A stretch of 64,000 nucleotides of DNA from Camelus ferus (Eukaryota). Numbering within the stretch: the stretch's first letter is position 1; every line of letters starts with the position of its first letter. The position numbers and the translations under genes were made by a program. The notes under the pieces were generated by a model. The model saw nothing but the letters and a program-made list of their open reading frames with translations. It searched no databases and had not been told where the DNA came from. Of the stretch, positions 49,501-61,163 are shown one piece after another. The stretch covers positions 44,330,001-44,394,000 of the forward strand of contig NC_045704.1 of assembly GCF_009834535.1 (NCBI RefSeq). The letters are read 5' to 3'.

Positions 49501-50991
49501 ACCCAAGCTTGGCTGTGCCTGGCAGTAAGAGGGCCTTCTGGGGATCCAGTCTTGCTCTGCAAATCCCAGCTCCCCTCCCTATTCCAGGTTCAGGGACAGA
49601 TCCCAGGGGTAAAGCTTGGTTTGGGCCCCAGTGTGATCTTGGGCAGATTCCTGCCTCTGTAGGGCCATACCATCTGCACTGTGCTCACCAGGGTGTGTTG
49701 CAAGTGTGGGTGAGTGTCAGGTAGCGCACACCCAGCACGTAGAAGGTTCGCAAGACGGAGAGGCTACTGTCCAGTGAGTGGCCGCCTTCCACACCAATGA
49801 GGCAAGCCAATTTCTGGGTACTGTTCAGAGCTGGGGCAGATAGGTCACATGATCATTTTCAGAGGCTTAGGTAGCTCAGTCAAGTCTCTAGTACCCACCA
49901 CCACCAGCCCACCTACCTTCAACCGAGGTCACAAGCTCCAGCTCAGCATAGGAGGCACACATGCGCTGGATGAGATCAATTTGCTCCAGGGTAAGGCGCA
50001 CAGCATCCCGTTCCTGGGTCTGGCATGGGACGTAGGCTGACCAGAACTAGGAAAAAGCCAGGGGTTGGCTTGAACAGGGATTGCTTTGGAACTCCTTGGG
50101 CTTCTCATAGACTCCACAGCTGGCATAGCACTCACTGTGCCCACAAGTCACATGTAATGCTTTGCTTGTTCTGTGGTACTTGGATGCCCATCAAGTTGGC
50201 CCACTGTGACCTCTGCAGCCCCCAGCATCCATGTCATGGCACTTTTTAGGTCACTATAGTAACTGAGTTCCAATGTGACTAACTTGTGGTCTCTGAGGCC
50301 CCCGCACCCCAGCCCCCTGCATTCCTCAGCAGCCGTGGGGGCACCTCGGGTATCCCTGTGGTACCTGGGCACCCACGAGACCATCTCTAAGCCTGTTCAG
50401 GCTGGTCTGGCCGTGGCTGAAATTGTGCAGATTAACATCCTGTAGCCCATTGTGGTAAAACTGCCTCACGACCAGGGGCATGTCGTTGTGTCTGGAGGGA
50501 AGTCAAAGCAAATAAGTGGGTTCCTTAGGCCTTGGGATCAGGCAGGACATGTTGCCTGGCCTAGGCCAGCCCAGGGGTCCCCCACCCCATACCGTCACAC
50601 AGACCATACTAGGATCCGCTGAAGCCTGGGTTGAGGGGTTCCCACCAGAGGGGATGACAGGAGGGGAAGCGCACCCATGGATGATGGGAGAGGACATCTA
50701 GGTTGATGTCAGGGAGTCTCCTCACTAGCCCCGCATGCTCCGGACCTCCGTCCCTGCCCAAGGGCAAGCTTGGCCCCCACCAGTCCCCGCTAGTCTCTAC
50801 CCCGAACCTACGCACCCGTCCACGAGCGGGAAGTCCCGCATCAGGGCCCGTGCGCGCTCCCGCAGACTTGGGGCGCTGGAGGTGTCCGGCGTGGTCGGGG
50901 CGCCAGTTACTGGTCCCATCAGCAGCCACAGGAGGAGTAAAAGCAGCCACTGGCTGAGCGCACCGGGAACCTCAAGACCACTGGGCCACAT
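46544..50991 (-). CDS. DPEP2: Dipeptidase 2 (GPI-anchored zinc dipeptidase), 10 coding exons, 458 aa
   Basis: Exons 50816-50991, 50365-50491, 49917-50046, 49689-49830, 49319-49388, 49006-49182, 48543-48627, 47689-47764, 46898-47033, 46544-46801; 1377 nt, open frame. All metal and catalytic motifs intact (HND, GVEGGH, LTHTC, DLSHV, FSHS, GGDYDG). Confidence 0.95.
47881..48054. repeat. 58-bp minisatellite, three perfect copies, DPEP2 intron 7
   Basis: Unit atggcctggcacccaggataccaacttgacagctctgagggttgatctgaagtggttc at 47881, 47939 and 47997. Confidence 0.97.
49217..49257. repeat. 15-bp tandem repeat (about 2.7 copies), DPEP2 intron 5
   Basis: tgcatttatcttgtg twice plus tgcatttatct. Confidence 0.95.
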
Positions 50992-51250
50992 GCTTCGCAG
51001 GGTAAGGGCCGCTATCGAGAGCCTGAGGGGCGGGCAGTGGGGTCTACACAGGCCACTCGGTGGCGCGTATAGCTGGGAGAGGAGCGGGCAACGAGTCACA
51101 GGACCCTGCGAACCGTGCGCTGAGAGCCGCGTTCCGCGAAGCACGACCTCCAGGGGGCGGCACTGCCCTCTGGCCATCCGCTAAGATGGAGCTGCTACAG
51201 GGATCGCAGGCCTCCCCCACGAGCCCACTCGCCTCCCATCGCGGGTTCCC
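50770..51250. promoter_or_regulatory. CpG island around the first coding exon of DPEP2
   Basis: CpG-dense stretch; candidate upstream splice acceptor ccgcccctcag at about 51023. Confidence 0.7.
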
Positions 51251-52949
51251 TCAGCCCCTGACCCTCTCCCCACCCACACTGCTCCGAGGGGTCCACCCCA
51301 GATTGCTCTCCCGCACCCGCCTCTAACCTTGCTGTCCGAGAGTCTGGCCGACTCTCTCTCTCTCTCTCCAATAGTGGCCTTAAGCCACAAGGCCTCTTCA
51401 GATCACATCTTGTCCTCATCTGCCTGCAGCCTGTCCTGCCCACCCCGAGGGCTGCGTGCGAGTGTCTCTGTGGCCACAGTGCTCTGGGCTTTTGGTTTCC
51501 TGGTGCTGAGCCACATCGGGTGGGTGTGGGGGAGGAGAGAGTTTCTTGAAATGGGGAATTAATGTTGTGGATTCTGGATTCTGGATTCTTCCCTGCCCCT
51601 ACCCTTCTCTCTTCCCCTACTTTACTCCTTTGCCTGTATTACTGTTTCCCTGGGACTCCAGCCAGCAACTGGGAACTGTCAGAGGCACCATTTTCTCCTC
51701 TTACCCAGTCAGCCTCAAGAACAAGCTCCCTCAGGAGTTGCTACACCTCCCTAGGGCCCAAATAGAGAGAGTTTAGGGATGTGAACTGAGCAATCATCTA
51801 GGGAGAGTCAGTGACCTTTTACACAGCAGAGCAGAAACACAGAGCAGACTATTTGAATGGAAGAAAATGAAGTGGCAGCAGAACCCCCATCCCAGCAACC
51901 TTTCTCCTGAACTACTGGCTGACCTGCTGGCCAGGATCCCTCCTACCTTAGTGTTGAAGGCCCGGCCTCATTGAGGTCAGAAGTAGGGGTCCTGAGGAGA
52001 GGCCTGGCACCTGGGTTCTGAGACTATACCCACCTTATTTTGTGGCTCTCATGGTTCTGGCTCTCCCAGAAACCTCAAAGACCAACTTCCTGTCCTTGCT
52101 TGGAGGCCCCACCCCATTGCCATTTCCAGCCTCAGGCCCTCACCCTAACTTCCTCCTCTAGGAACAGTCCCCTGCCACCACACACACACACATGCACACA
52201 CCAACACACACACATACACACACATACTATGCCTTCTCACAGAAGCTCCACCACTGAGATGTTTCAGGGACTTTGCCCAAACTCCTTCATCCCCAGCCTC
52301 TCAAGGATCCACTCTGATCCTTGGCACCCCTTGAGCTGTTCCACCTTTGGAACCTTTTCCAGGTGTCAGGAGTGACTAGCACAGGGGTAGTGACCTAAGT
52401 CTGAGCCTTGGAGACCCTAGAAACCTCCCTAAAAATGAAATGAGTAAAACTCTTCTAGAGGGACTAGAAATCCTGGGCTACCCAGAAGGGGAAGGATCTG
52501 AGCTTGTGTGTATTTGAGGGGCTATGCATTTGACCTTTGTGCTTGCAGGCCAGAAGAAGGGCAAACCACTGGCACTGTGCTGGAGGTGGGTCTACTCCCT
52601 GCTTACTGCAGCTGGAGGGTTCTCTAGGCAGCCCCACTGCAGGGCGTGAGTCCCTTTGGGCTCTGCTTCAGAGAACAGCAGGGTGTATCCCTACCCTAGG
52701 TGGCTTGGGCACCTAAACTCAGACCTGGCTCTCTTTCCTCCACAGCCACCCCGTGCCCCGGCTGGCCAGAAGCCGCCACAGTCACTCTTGCTGCCAAGTA
52801 GGGAGAGGGAGGAGAAGCTCTTGGATCTCCTGGTTTTGAGGCCAAAAACATGGGCTTGGGGGATAAATAGCTTGTTTGTTCCACTCTTTGTCCCCAGGGA
52901 GTGAGGACAAATAAATGGCAGCTGCTAACAGAAGTATGGGAAGAGAGAA

Positions 52950-52996
52950 TTTAGCTTGTTTTTAGCTTTTTTTTAGCTTTTTTTTTAGCTTTTTTC
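52950..52996. repeat. Imperfect (TnAGC) low-complexity repeat
   Basis: tttagcttgtttttagcttttttttagctttttttttagctttttt. Confidence 0.85.
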
Positions 52997-55014
52997 CAGG
53001 GACTGGATGTCTAACAACACCCTAGAGATAGGCTGTGTTGAGCTAGAGAAGGTGGGTACCAGCAAATTTTCTATAACATTCAGCTTCAGTCCTTAAACAA
53101 GCTGGCACTGCTGGCCGTGGCCTTGAGGTGACCATATAATGACGATCACAGAAACACAGATACATCCAGATCCTTATACTTAGACTCAGGGGCAGGGCAC
53201 AGAGATGGCCTTGGGTGAGGTCAAGGGGAGGACAGGCCACTCTTTTGGTTAAAATCTGCTTTCTCCTTGGGTATGAGTGCTCCCATGCCCCTATGCAAGT
53301 GAACTCAATGAGGCCACGACCACCATATCCCAGCACCTGGCCCCACAACCTGCACTCAACCAGCAGGTGCTTAACCAGCATTTGTTGAAAAGCGAGTTGA
53401 CTTGATGCTCAGGGGGCTGCTGCCTTCCCTTCCTTCCCAGGACAAGGGCATATGCCAACAGTGATGATGTGTCAGAGAAGCTGAAGTTACTGTATGCCTG
53501 AAGTGGTGCTAACTGTTAGTGGCACACAGTACATTCAGTCTTCACAATAGCCCACAAGGTAAGTTTTCTATGTGGAAAAATTGAGATTCTGCTAGATGAA
53601 CTTAACTTTTTTACCCAAGAGCTGGCAAGTTTAGCTGGAATCTGAAACTGAAATTCCCTTATGCCCAGATCTTTCAAGCTTTGCTTCTAATTCCATTCTC
53701 CCTCTATGACCACCCCAGGTTCAAAGCAGTTGCCTAGCTGATGGATGCCTTTTCCTCGACCTCTGTTCCCCTCTGTCTGGAGGCCTCCCTGAATACAAAT
53801 CTGGAATGCTGGGCAGCAGAATTCCTGAATTTGGGGGCAGTCTGTGAGGACAATGGGACTGAGATTTTGTGGAGGAGAAATACACTTAGGTCTCTGTTGT
53901 CTGGGGCTCTCTGGGACCCCAGTCCAGACCCACTCAGACACGGTCTTTGTCTCTTTTGGCTCTTCCCTATGGGTGCTCCAGGCCCTAGGGGGCAGAGCTT
54001 TGGAGAATGACTGCCAGCTGCTTGACAAAGTCTGCCCTGTCTGCTTCTGCACATGCCCCCTCACCTCTTCAGTACTGCCAGGCCCATCAGGGTTGGCCCT
54101 TCTTCAGTGAGGAGGGTTCATGGGATGTAAGGAAGGCATCTGATGAAGACAGCAGTGGTAGGGACAGTAGCCCACTGGCCCTGGGACAGAACTCTCCTTA
54201 AACCTGGCTGAGACGGAGGACAGGTGTGGGGAGACCAGCTGCTGGACAGGCAATTGCTCACAGTGGTGTCCTCCTGGCCAAGTTTCATACAGGGGTTCCT
54301 TGGACTTCTTGAATTCCAGGACATCCTTACATCCATCTATTTGTCCAGATATCCTTTACTGATCCCCTGTTGGTGCTGGCCCTTTGCTGGGGTGTGCAGT
54401 GAAGGGGCTGGACAAATCTCCAGTTCTCCATCCCATGGTGCCAGCATAAGCACACAGAAGACTGGGCTGTGGGGGCTCCAGGTGCTGAGAGTCAGCCCTG
54501 ATCAAGCAAATGTTAATCCACAACATATATGATTTCTCATTTAGCCTCAAGTTCAGACTTGCTGTCTCTTGTTCAACCCAGCCTGCTCATCTTTGAGGCC
54601 TCTTAGACCTGTCCTCTGCAACACCATGCTCCACACACTACACCCTGCTCCAGAGCCCGCCCTGCTTCCTGTTTCTATATGGGAATCCTGCCCTCCATTG
54701 CCTGGCTTCCATGGCTTGCACAAACTAGTTTACTCTCTGAAGGTGACCACCTGAGCCCTCACTGATTCCAGATATGGCCAAATGTCAGACTGCACCTGAG
54801 AAGCTTTTATTTTTATTTCTTTTAACTTATTAGGGAAATTTTTCCAACATATAAAAAAGTAGAGAGAAGAGTATAATGAATCCCTATGTACTCTTTGTCC
54901 AGCTTCAACAGTTATCAACTGGTGGCTCATCTTGTTTCATTATACCTTACCCATTTTTCTCTCCCTCCTTTTAATTAATCAGTCGGCCCTTACTGGGCCC
55001 AATGGGCAACTAAG

Positions 55015-55960
55015 AACTATTTTTTATTGAAGTGTACTTGATTTACAATGTTGTGTTAGTTTCTGGTGTACAGAGTAGTGATTCAGTTTTATATATATAC
55101 TTACATATATATAAGTATATAATATAATATATATATTTACATATATACATATACACACACACATATTCTTTTTCATTATAGGTTATTACAAGATATTGAG
55201 TATAGTTCTCTGTGCTATACAATAGGACCTTGTTGTTTATCTATTTTATATCTAATAGTTTGTGTCTGCTAACCCCAGATTCCTAACTTATCCCTCTCTT
55301 CCCTTTTCCCTTTGGTAACCATCATTTGTTTTCTATGTCTGTGAGTCTGTTTCTGTTTTGTAAATAGGTTCATTTGTATCATCTTTTAGATTCCATATAT
55401 AAGTGATATCATATAATATTTGTCTTTGACTTAACTTCACTTAATATGATAATGATAATCTCCAGGCCCATCCACGTTGCTGCAAATGGTATTATTTTAC
55501 TCTTTTTTTATGGCTGAGTGGTATTCCGTTGTACATATATACCACATCTTCTCTACGCAATCATCTGTCAATGGACATTTAGGTTGCTTCCATGTCTTGG
55601 CTATTGTAAATAGTGCTGCTATGAACCCTGGTGTGTGTGTATTTTTTCAAATTAGAGTTTTCTCTGGATATATGCCCAGGAGTGGGATTGCTGGATCATA
55701 TGGTAACTCTGTGTTTAGTTTTTTGAAGAATCTGCTTAGTGTTTTCCATAATGGCTGCAACAAATTACATTCCCACTAACAGTGTAGGTGGATTCCCTTT
55801 TGGCCATACTCTCTCCAGCATTTATCTTTTGTGGAGTTTTAATAATGGCCATTCTGACTGGTGTGAGGTGGTACCTCACTGTAGTTTTGACTTGTATTTC
55901 TCAGATAATTAGTGATGTTGAGCATCTTTTCACGTGCCTATTGGCCATCTTGCTTCTATA
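55015..55960 (-). mobile_element. L1 3' end (about 950 bp, artiodactyl-type)
   Basis: T-rich tail, then gtacatatataccacatc...ggttgcttccatgtcttggctattgtaaatagtgctgctatgaac...ggccattctgactggtgtgaggtgg. Confidence 0.92.
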
Positions 55961-56039
55961 GAATATTTTAAAGCAAATCAAACATTTATTTCATCCATAT
56001 TTAAGATTGCATCTCTAAAAGATAGGGATCTTTTTAAAA

Positions 56040-57030
56040 GTCAAATCATGGCAGAGGATCTGAATAGACATTTTCCCAAAGAAGGCATACCAGATGGCCA
56101 ACAGGTACGTGAAAATGTGCTCAACATCAGTAATTATTAGGGAAATGCAAATGGAAACCACAATGAGTTGTCATCTCACTCCTGTTAGAATGGCTATTAT
56201 CAAAAAACCAAGAAATAAGTGTTAGTGAGGATGTGAAGGAAAAGGAAATTTTGCACACTGTTGGTGGAAATGTAAACTGGTGCAGCCACTATGGAAAATA
56301 TTTTGGAGTTTCCTCTAAAAATTAATAATAGAACTACCGTATGATCTATCAATTCCACTTCTGGGCATTTATCCAAAGAAAATAAAAACACTAACTCAAA
56401 AAGATACATGCACCCCCATGTTCATTGCAGCATTATTTTCAATAGCCAAGATATGGAAGCCATCTAAGTGTCCATCAGTGGATGAATGGATAAAGAAAAT
56501 GTAGTATATGCACACAATGGCATATTACTGAGCCATGAAAAAGAAGGAAATCTTGCCACTTGAGACAGTATGGATGGACCTTGAGGGCATTATGCTAAGT
56601 GAAATAAGTCAGAGAAAGACAAATACCACATGATCTCATTTATATATGAAACCTAAAAAAAATCCCCCAAAACTTATACAGAGACTATATTAGTGGTTGC
56701 CAGAGGCGGGGTTGGGGAATGGTGGGGTAAAGAGGGTCAAAAGGGACAAACTTCCAGTTACAAATAAATAAGTCATGGGGAATCAATGTAGAGCATGGTG
56801 ACTGTAGTTAATAATAATGTATTACATAGTTGAAAATTGCTGAGAGAGTATATCTGAAAAGTTCTCATCACAAGGAAAAAAATTTGTAATCATATATGGT
56901 GACAGATGTTAACTAGAGTTCTTGTAGTGATCATTTTACAATATACACGAATAGTGGATCATTATGTTGTATACCTGAAGCTAATATAATGTTATATATC
57001 TACTATACCTAAATAAAAATAATTTTTAAA
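56040..57030 (+). mobile_element. L1 ORF2 end plus 3' UTR (L1MA-like)
   Basis: gaatagacattttcccaaagaagg...gatacatgcacccccatgttcattgcagcattatt...gaaaagttctcatcacaagg...aaataaaaat tail. Confidence 0.92.
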
Positions 57031-57349
57031 AATACAGACCACCATACTATTATGGCACCTAAAAAAGTAAACAATACTTCCTTAATACCATAAATTATCT
57101 ATCATGTTCAAATTTCCCTGATTGCCTAATTTTTAAATAATTCATTTAAATTACAGCATAGATAAGACCCTCCCCCCATATTGCATTTGGTCATTTTGTC
57201 TCTTAACCTCTGGGCTCCTCTTTTTCCTTCCTTGCAATTTATTTGTTGGAAAATCACATCCTCTGTCCTTTGGAGTTTTCTGTTTTGGAATTTGCTGATT
57301 GTAGCCCATGCTTTCATTTCGTATGTTCCTCTGTCCCTTGTATTTCCTA

Positions 57350-57475
57350 TAAGCTGGTTGTTAAGGGAAGCTTTCAAAACTGCAAATTTCCAGACTCCAC
57401 CCTAAAAACATATTCAGTAGAACTGTTGTGGGTGCTGGAAGTCTCTAATTTTCCTAAAAACCCCAGGTGGGGTCT
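57350..57475. mobile_element. MER5A-like hAT MITE fragment (a second one at about 62590-62715)
   Basis: gggaagctttcaaaactgcaaatttccagactccacc...tattcagtagaactg...aaaaaccccaggtg resembles MER5A. Confidence 0.6.
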
Positions 57476-57567
57476 GTTTGCCTGTTTGGGAATTGACAAC
57501 CTATCTGACTCTGCCAGTAACCACAAGTCTGCTTCAGTCACACCAAGTATCAGAGAGCAATACTACA

Positions 57568-57982
57568 GTTCTAATTTCCAGTGGTGGGCAGTGGGAGTCA
57601 CTGCAGGAAGAGGTATTAGCTATCTTTCGTGGGTTAACTGAGACTCATAGTGCACATTTTCTGGAAGCCCCAAGGCCTGTGTCTCAATCCTCCAACCCAG
57701 GTCAAGGAAACTTCCTAAGTTAGCGGGACCTTTCCTAGCCTTCAAAGTGTTGGGGGAAGGAGCAATAGTCTTCCTGATGTGGCCCCTGAGGACAAGTGTG
57801 CTGTCCACAGGATGGGTGGCTTCACCTGGGCCTGGGGACAAAGAGCTGCTGATAGTGCCCCCTTCTGTTACGGGCTGATGAGGCAGGTGGGCCTGGGAAC
57901 ACAGACCCAGATCCTGTGCTCTTCCTTCTCTGCTGATATTCCCCCACCCCCACTCCCCCAGGACCAACTGTCCCCTTAACTG
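57568..57982 (-). pseudogene. Candidate decayed paralogue of DPEP2NB exon 2
   Basis: Same-phase acceptor (cag|CA GTT), GHYQQLF versus GHYHVLY, then after a frameshift PGPGE/RGCGE, DLGW/DLGC and HxxxxLT. A 54-nt block at 57568-57621 is 49/54 identical to the DPEP2NB 3' UTR at 59446-59499. Confidence 0.45.
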
Positions 57983-58009
57983 CTGAGAGAGACGTTCCAC
58001 TGGTAACAG

Positions 58010-58620
58010 CCAGCCAGCCCCTCACTACCATGGCACACAGAAGTCAGAGTAGTCTTTTTAGCATCTACATCAGATCACTTTACTACCCTGCTCAAACCCC
58101 TCCCATGACTTCCCATCACACTCTTCACCATGGCCAAAAGGGCTGCTGTGGTCTGGCCCATTCCTACTCCTCCAACCACATCTTTCATTCTTTCTCCTCC
58201 CTGGTCACACTGGCCTTTCTGCTGGTCTTAGAATAGGCTGGCTTCATTCCTACCTCAGGGTCTTTATACTTGCCATTTCCTCCTCCAGGAATACTCTTCT
58301 TTCATCTCCTCACATGACTCCCACTCAACATCTCCACTGAAATATCAACTCCTCAAAGAAGCCTTCCCTGACTACCTTGTGTAACATAGAAACCCCTTAT
58401 CATTCTGTCTTCTTATCCTATTTTACTTTTTTTGGTAAATTACAATTACTTGAAATTATAGTATTTGTCCCTTTCTTTAGTTTGTGGGTGCCGTGAGGAG
58501 AGGGGCTTCGATCATCTCATTCACTGAAATATCCCAAGCAACTAGCACAGTGGCTGGTATGTAACTTGTGTTCAGTAAATATTTGTTGAATAAATGGATT
58601 GATGGATGGGTGGATTGGTA
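58010..58620 (+). mobile_element. LINE-2 3' end
   Basis: Classic L2 tail: ctggcctttctgctgg...ctcagggtctttatacttgccatttcctcc...gaagccttccctgactacc...cagtaaatatttgttgaataaatgg. Confidence 0.88.
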
Positions 58621-58905
58621 GATGGAACAGCATCTTCTTAGTCCTGCCTCTCCTCTCCTTAAACACACACACACATATTACTCATCAGGCTCTGCATTTC
58701 TTAAAGAACCTGCCTATGTCCTGCCCCAGTTTGCACAGGTGTTACTGCAGGAGCCACACAGTTAGAAACTCCCTCCAAAGGTCCTTTCTAGAAGCAGAAG
58801 TGGGAATATGGGAATGTGGGAATATATTTAAAGGGAACAGGGAGGTTTGGGGCCTGTGCCTTGGACAAGCTGGATTTCAAGCCAAACACTGTCAAAGAAA
58901 AACAT

Positions 58906-58911
58906 TTTATT
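58906..58911 (-). terminator. DPEP2NB polyA signal AATAAA
   Basis: tttatt about 630 nt after the DPEP2NB stop. Confidence 0.6.
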
Positions 58912-59539
58912 GAGCCATAAGGGACCCCACATGGGCCAGAAAGGGCTGGGAATAAAGGAACACATGAGCCTCAGGACAGGGTGGGGTGGGGTGGGTGCTG
59001 CTCCACTCTCTATCCTGTTCTTGCTCCAGGGAGCAGGTCTTTCTGGGTCTCTTCATATTTCCTCTTGAGGCAGGAGGCTCCTTGGGTAGCCACTGATTGC
59101 TTCTTTTAGTTTCAAAAAGCCCGGCTTCCCTTGGTTTGTATTGGTGGTCACTGGCAATGACTCAGGGCAGGAGCCCCAGTGGTAGACTGGGCCCTGCTAA
59201 GACCATTGTGCATCCTCTCTCTACTCCTGGATCCTCCTCAGCTTGCAGACTTTTCTTTCTTCTGCCCGAGAAGGGACTCCCCAGGATTGAGCAGAAGAAC
59301 ATCAGGTTTTCTTCCAGGCCAGCTTCAGCCCGGGGATGTTCAGAGCAGACTCTCATTTCAGATCTGTTTCTGAGGCTCCTTGCTTATGGCTAATTAGTAT
59401 GGAAAGAAGCTCCTGGTTGAGGAAGTCTCAGACAGAACAGCACAGGTTCTAATCTCCAGTAGTGGGCAGTAGGGGTCACTGCAGGAAGAGGCATTAGCTG
59501 ACGTAGGCAGTTTGACGTTTGCCCTCTCTAAAGAGTGGC

Positions 59540-61024
59540 TCAACCAGCGAGCTTCTGTCGGGTTAACCTTCTGCCACTGTGCTGCAATTGCCGAATTTTG
59601 GGGCTGGAGCAACCTAGGTCTTTGTCCGACTCTGCCAGAGTTCGCCGTCTCTTGGGAGTGTGGCTGGGGACTGGCTTCTCTGCTTCCACCTTTGCAGGGG
59701 TGGCCACAGGAGCATCCCCATAGGCCCGGTAGCCACCAACCAGGCAGTATGTCTCCCCATGCCAGCCCACCTGGGTTTCTCCACACCCTCGATAGAGGAC
59801 ATGGTAGTGACCAGGTGTAGGAGGAGAAATGGGAGCCACTGCTGATGGAAAGAAAATCAGACTGGATCAGTCACTTCTACTGTATGTAGTTTCCTGACAG
59901 AACCTCCCCTCTCTCATGTCCCTCCCAGTTTCTGGCTGAAGCCCTTTAATCTGCTTGACATCCAAAACGCAGCCTTGGCCCATCACCTCTGTGAGTCCCT
60001 AGAGAAGGGACATTGGCTGCAAAAGCAAACCCTGGAGCCTATGGCTGCAGCAGACCAGGAAATTTGTTTCCCATTCCCACGGAAAACAGTAGAACCCTAA
60101 AATAATTGCATTCAGGATGCCCTCAATCTCCCCCTTCCACAACAGAGAAAATTTTCTTAAGGCCTGCCACTTCTAAGGCTTTAATGGAAATGCCTCTCAG
60201 ATTTTGGAAAAAAAAGAATCTAATATAAATTGGTTAAGAACCCTTCCTACCTTGACAACTTCTCTTGGGCCTCATTCATACTGCCTATTTCAACCACACT
60301 GAACTCTTGCCCTCTGATCCTTTCATCTAGATAAGAAAAAAGCCAAATGCTGAGGCAGAGTGACCAGGAGGTTCAGAATCAGATTCTGGGTACCAGGTCT
60401 AGGCTCACATTACCCAACCTCCTGGGCCATTTCCTCAGTCCTGCAGTCTCATTATCACTTCATCACTCCCCTTGGTTCTGCTGTTCTTCTCATCAATATG
60501 GCACCACTCTTTCCCTCAGTACTCAGCAGCTCAGTCTGGGATGTGTCTGAGGGGGCCCATGTAGATGTCTGCATCACAGCATGAAGGTGCCTGGGTTTGA
60601 AGGTGAGGTTCAAGAGTGGCCATCTTTCTCAAACTGCTCCATCTATCATTTGCCAACAAAAATGCACTTGACTTTTGTTAAAAGGCCAATCAGGAAAGGG
60701 TCTGAATGGAAGTATCCTGTAGTTCAAAGGCGAAGACTACATTTATAAAGATTAGAATCTTTCTGTATCCTTACCCAGGGATGGCATTTCACTTGTCCTC
60801 AGCAGTCAGCACTGTGGGTCCCTGAGGGGACCCCAGGCCACTGGTATTACTTACAGCTGGGAAAGTGCTGAGGTATGTGTGGTGGGCAAGCCCAAAGGGA
60901 ACATGTGGCAGCCAGGTGAGGCTGTGTGTATACCATGCCTCTTGTATGGATGCCTACCTGCTGTGCTGCCCTCCCAGGGGACAGAGGACAAGTTAGAGTG
61001 AATATAGAAGATCCGATCAGACAT
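59540..61024 (-). CDS. DPEP2NB: DPEP2 neighbor protein, 2 exons, 122 aa
   Basis: Exons 60958-61024 (MSDRIFYIHSNLSSVPWEGSTA) and 59540-59841 (AVAPISPPTPGHYHVLYRGCGETQVGWHGETYCLVGGYRAYGDAP...SDKDLGCSSPKIRQLQHSGRRLTRQKLAG*); 369 nt, GT-AG, phase 1. Matches the recalled human DPEP2NB sequence and position. Confidence 0.9.
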
Positions 61025-61137
61025 TCTCTCTCAGGCAACCAAAGAGATTGGTATCTAGTGAAGAACTTGTAGGGAAGTTTCTCCGAGAGCAGCACGTTTG
61101 CGTAGTCACACTGCCATGGAAACTGTGAGAAGGCCTG

Positions 61138-61163
61138 TGAGGTCATCATTCCCAGTGAGGTCA
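61138..61163. promoter_or_regulatory. Paired TGAGGTCA (CRE-like) sites upstream of DPEP2NB
   Basis: tgaggtca at 61138-61145 and 61156-61163, 114-139 bp upstream of the ATG. Confidence 0.4.
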
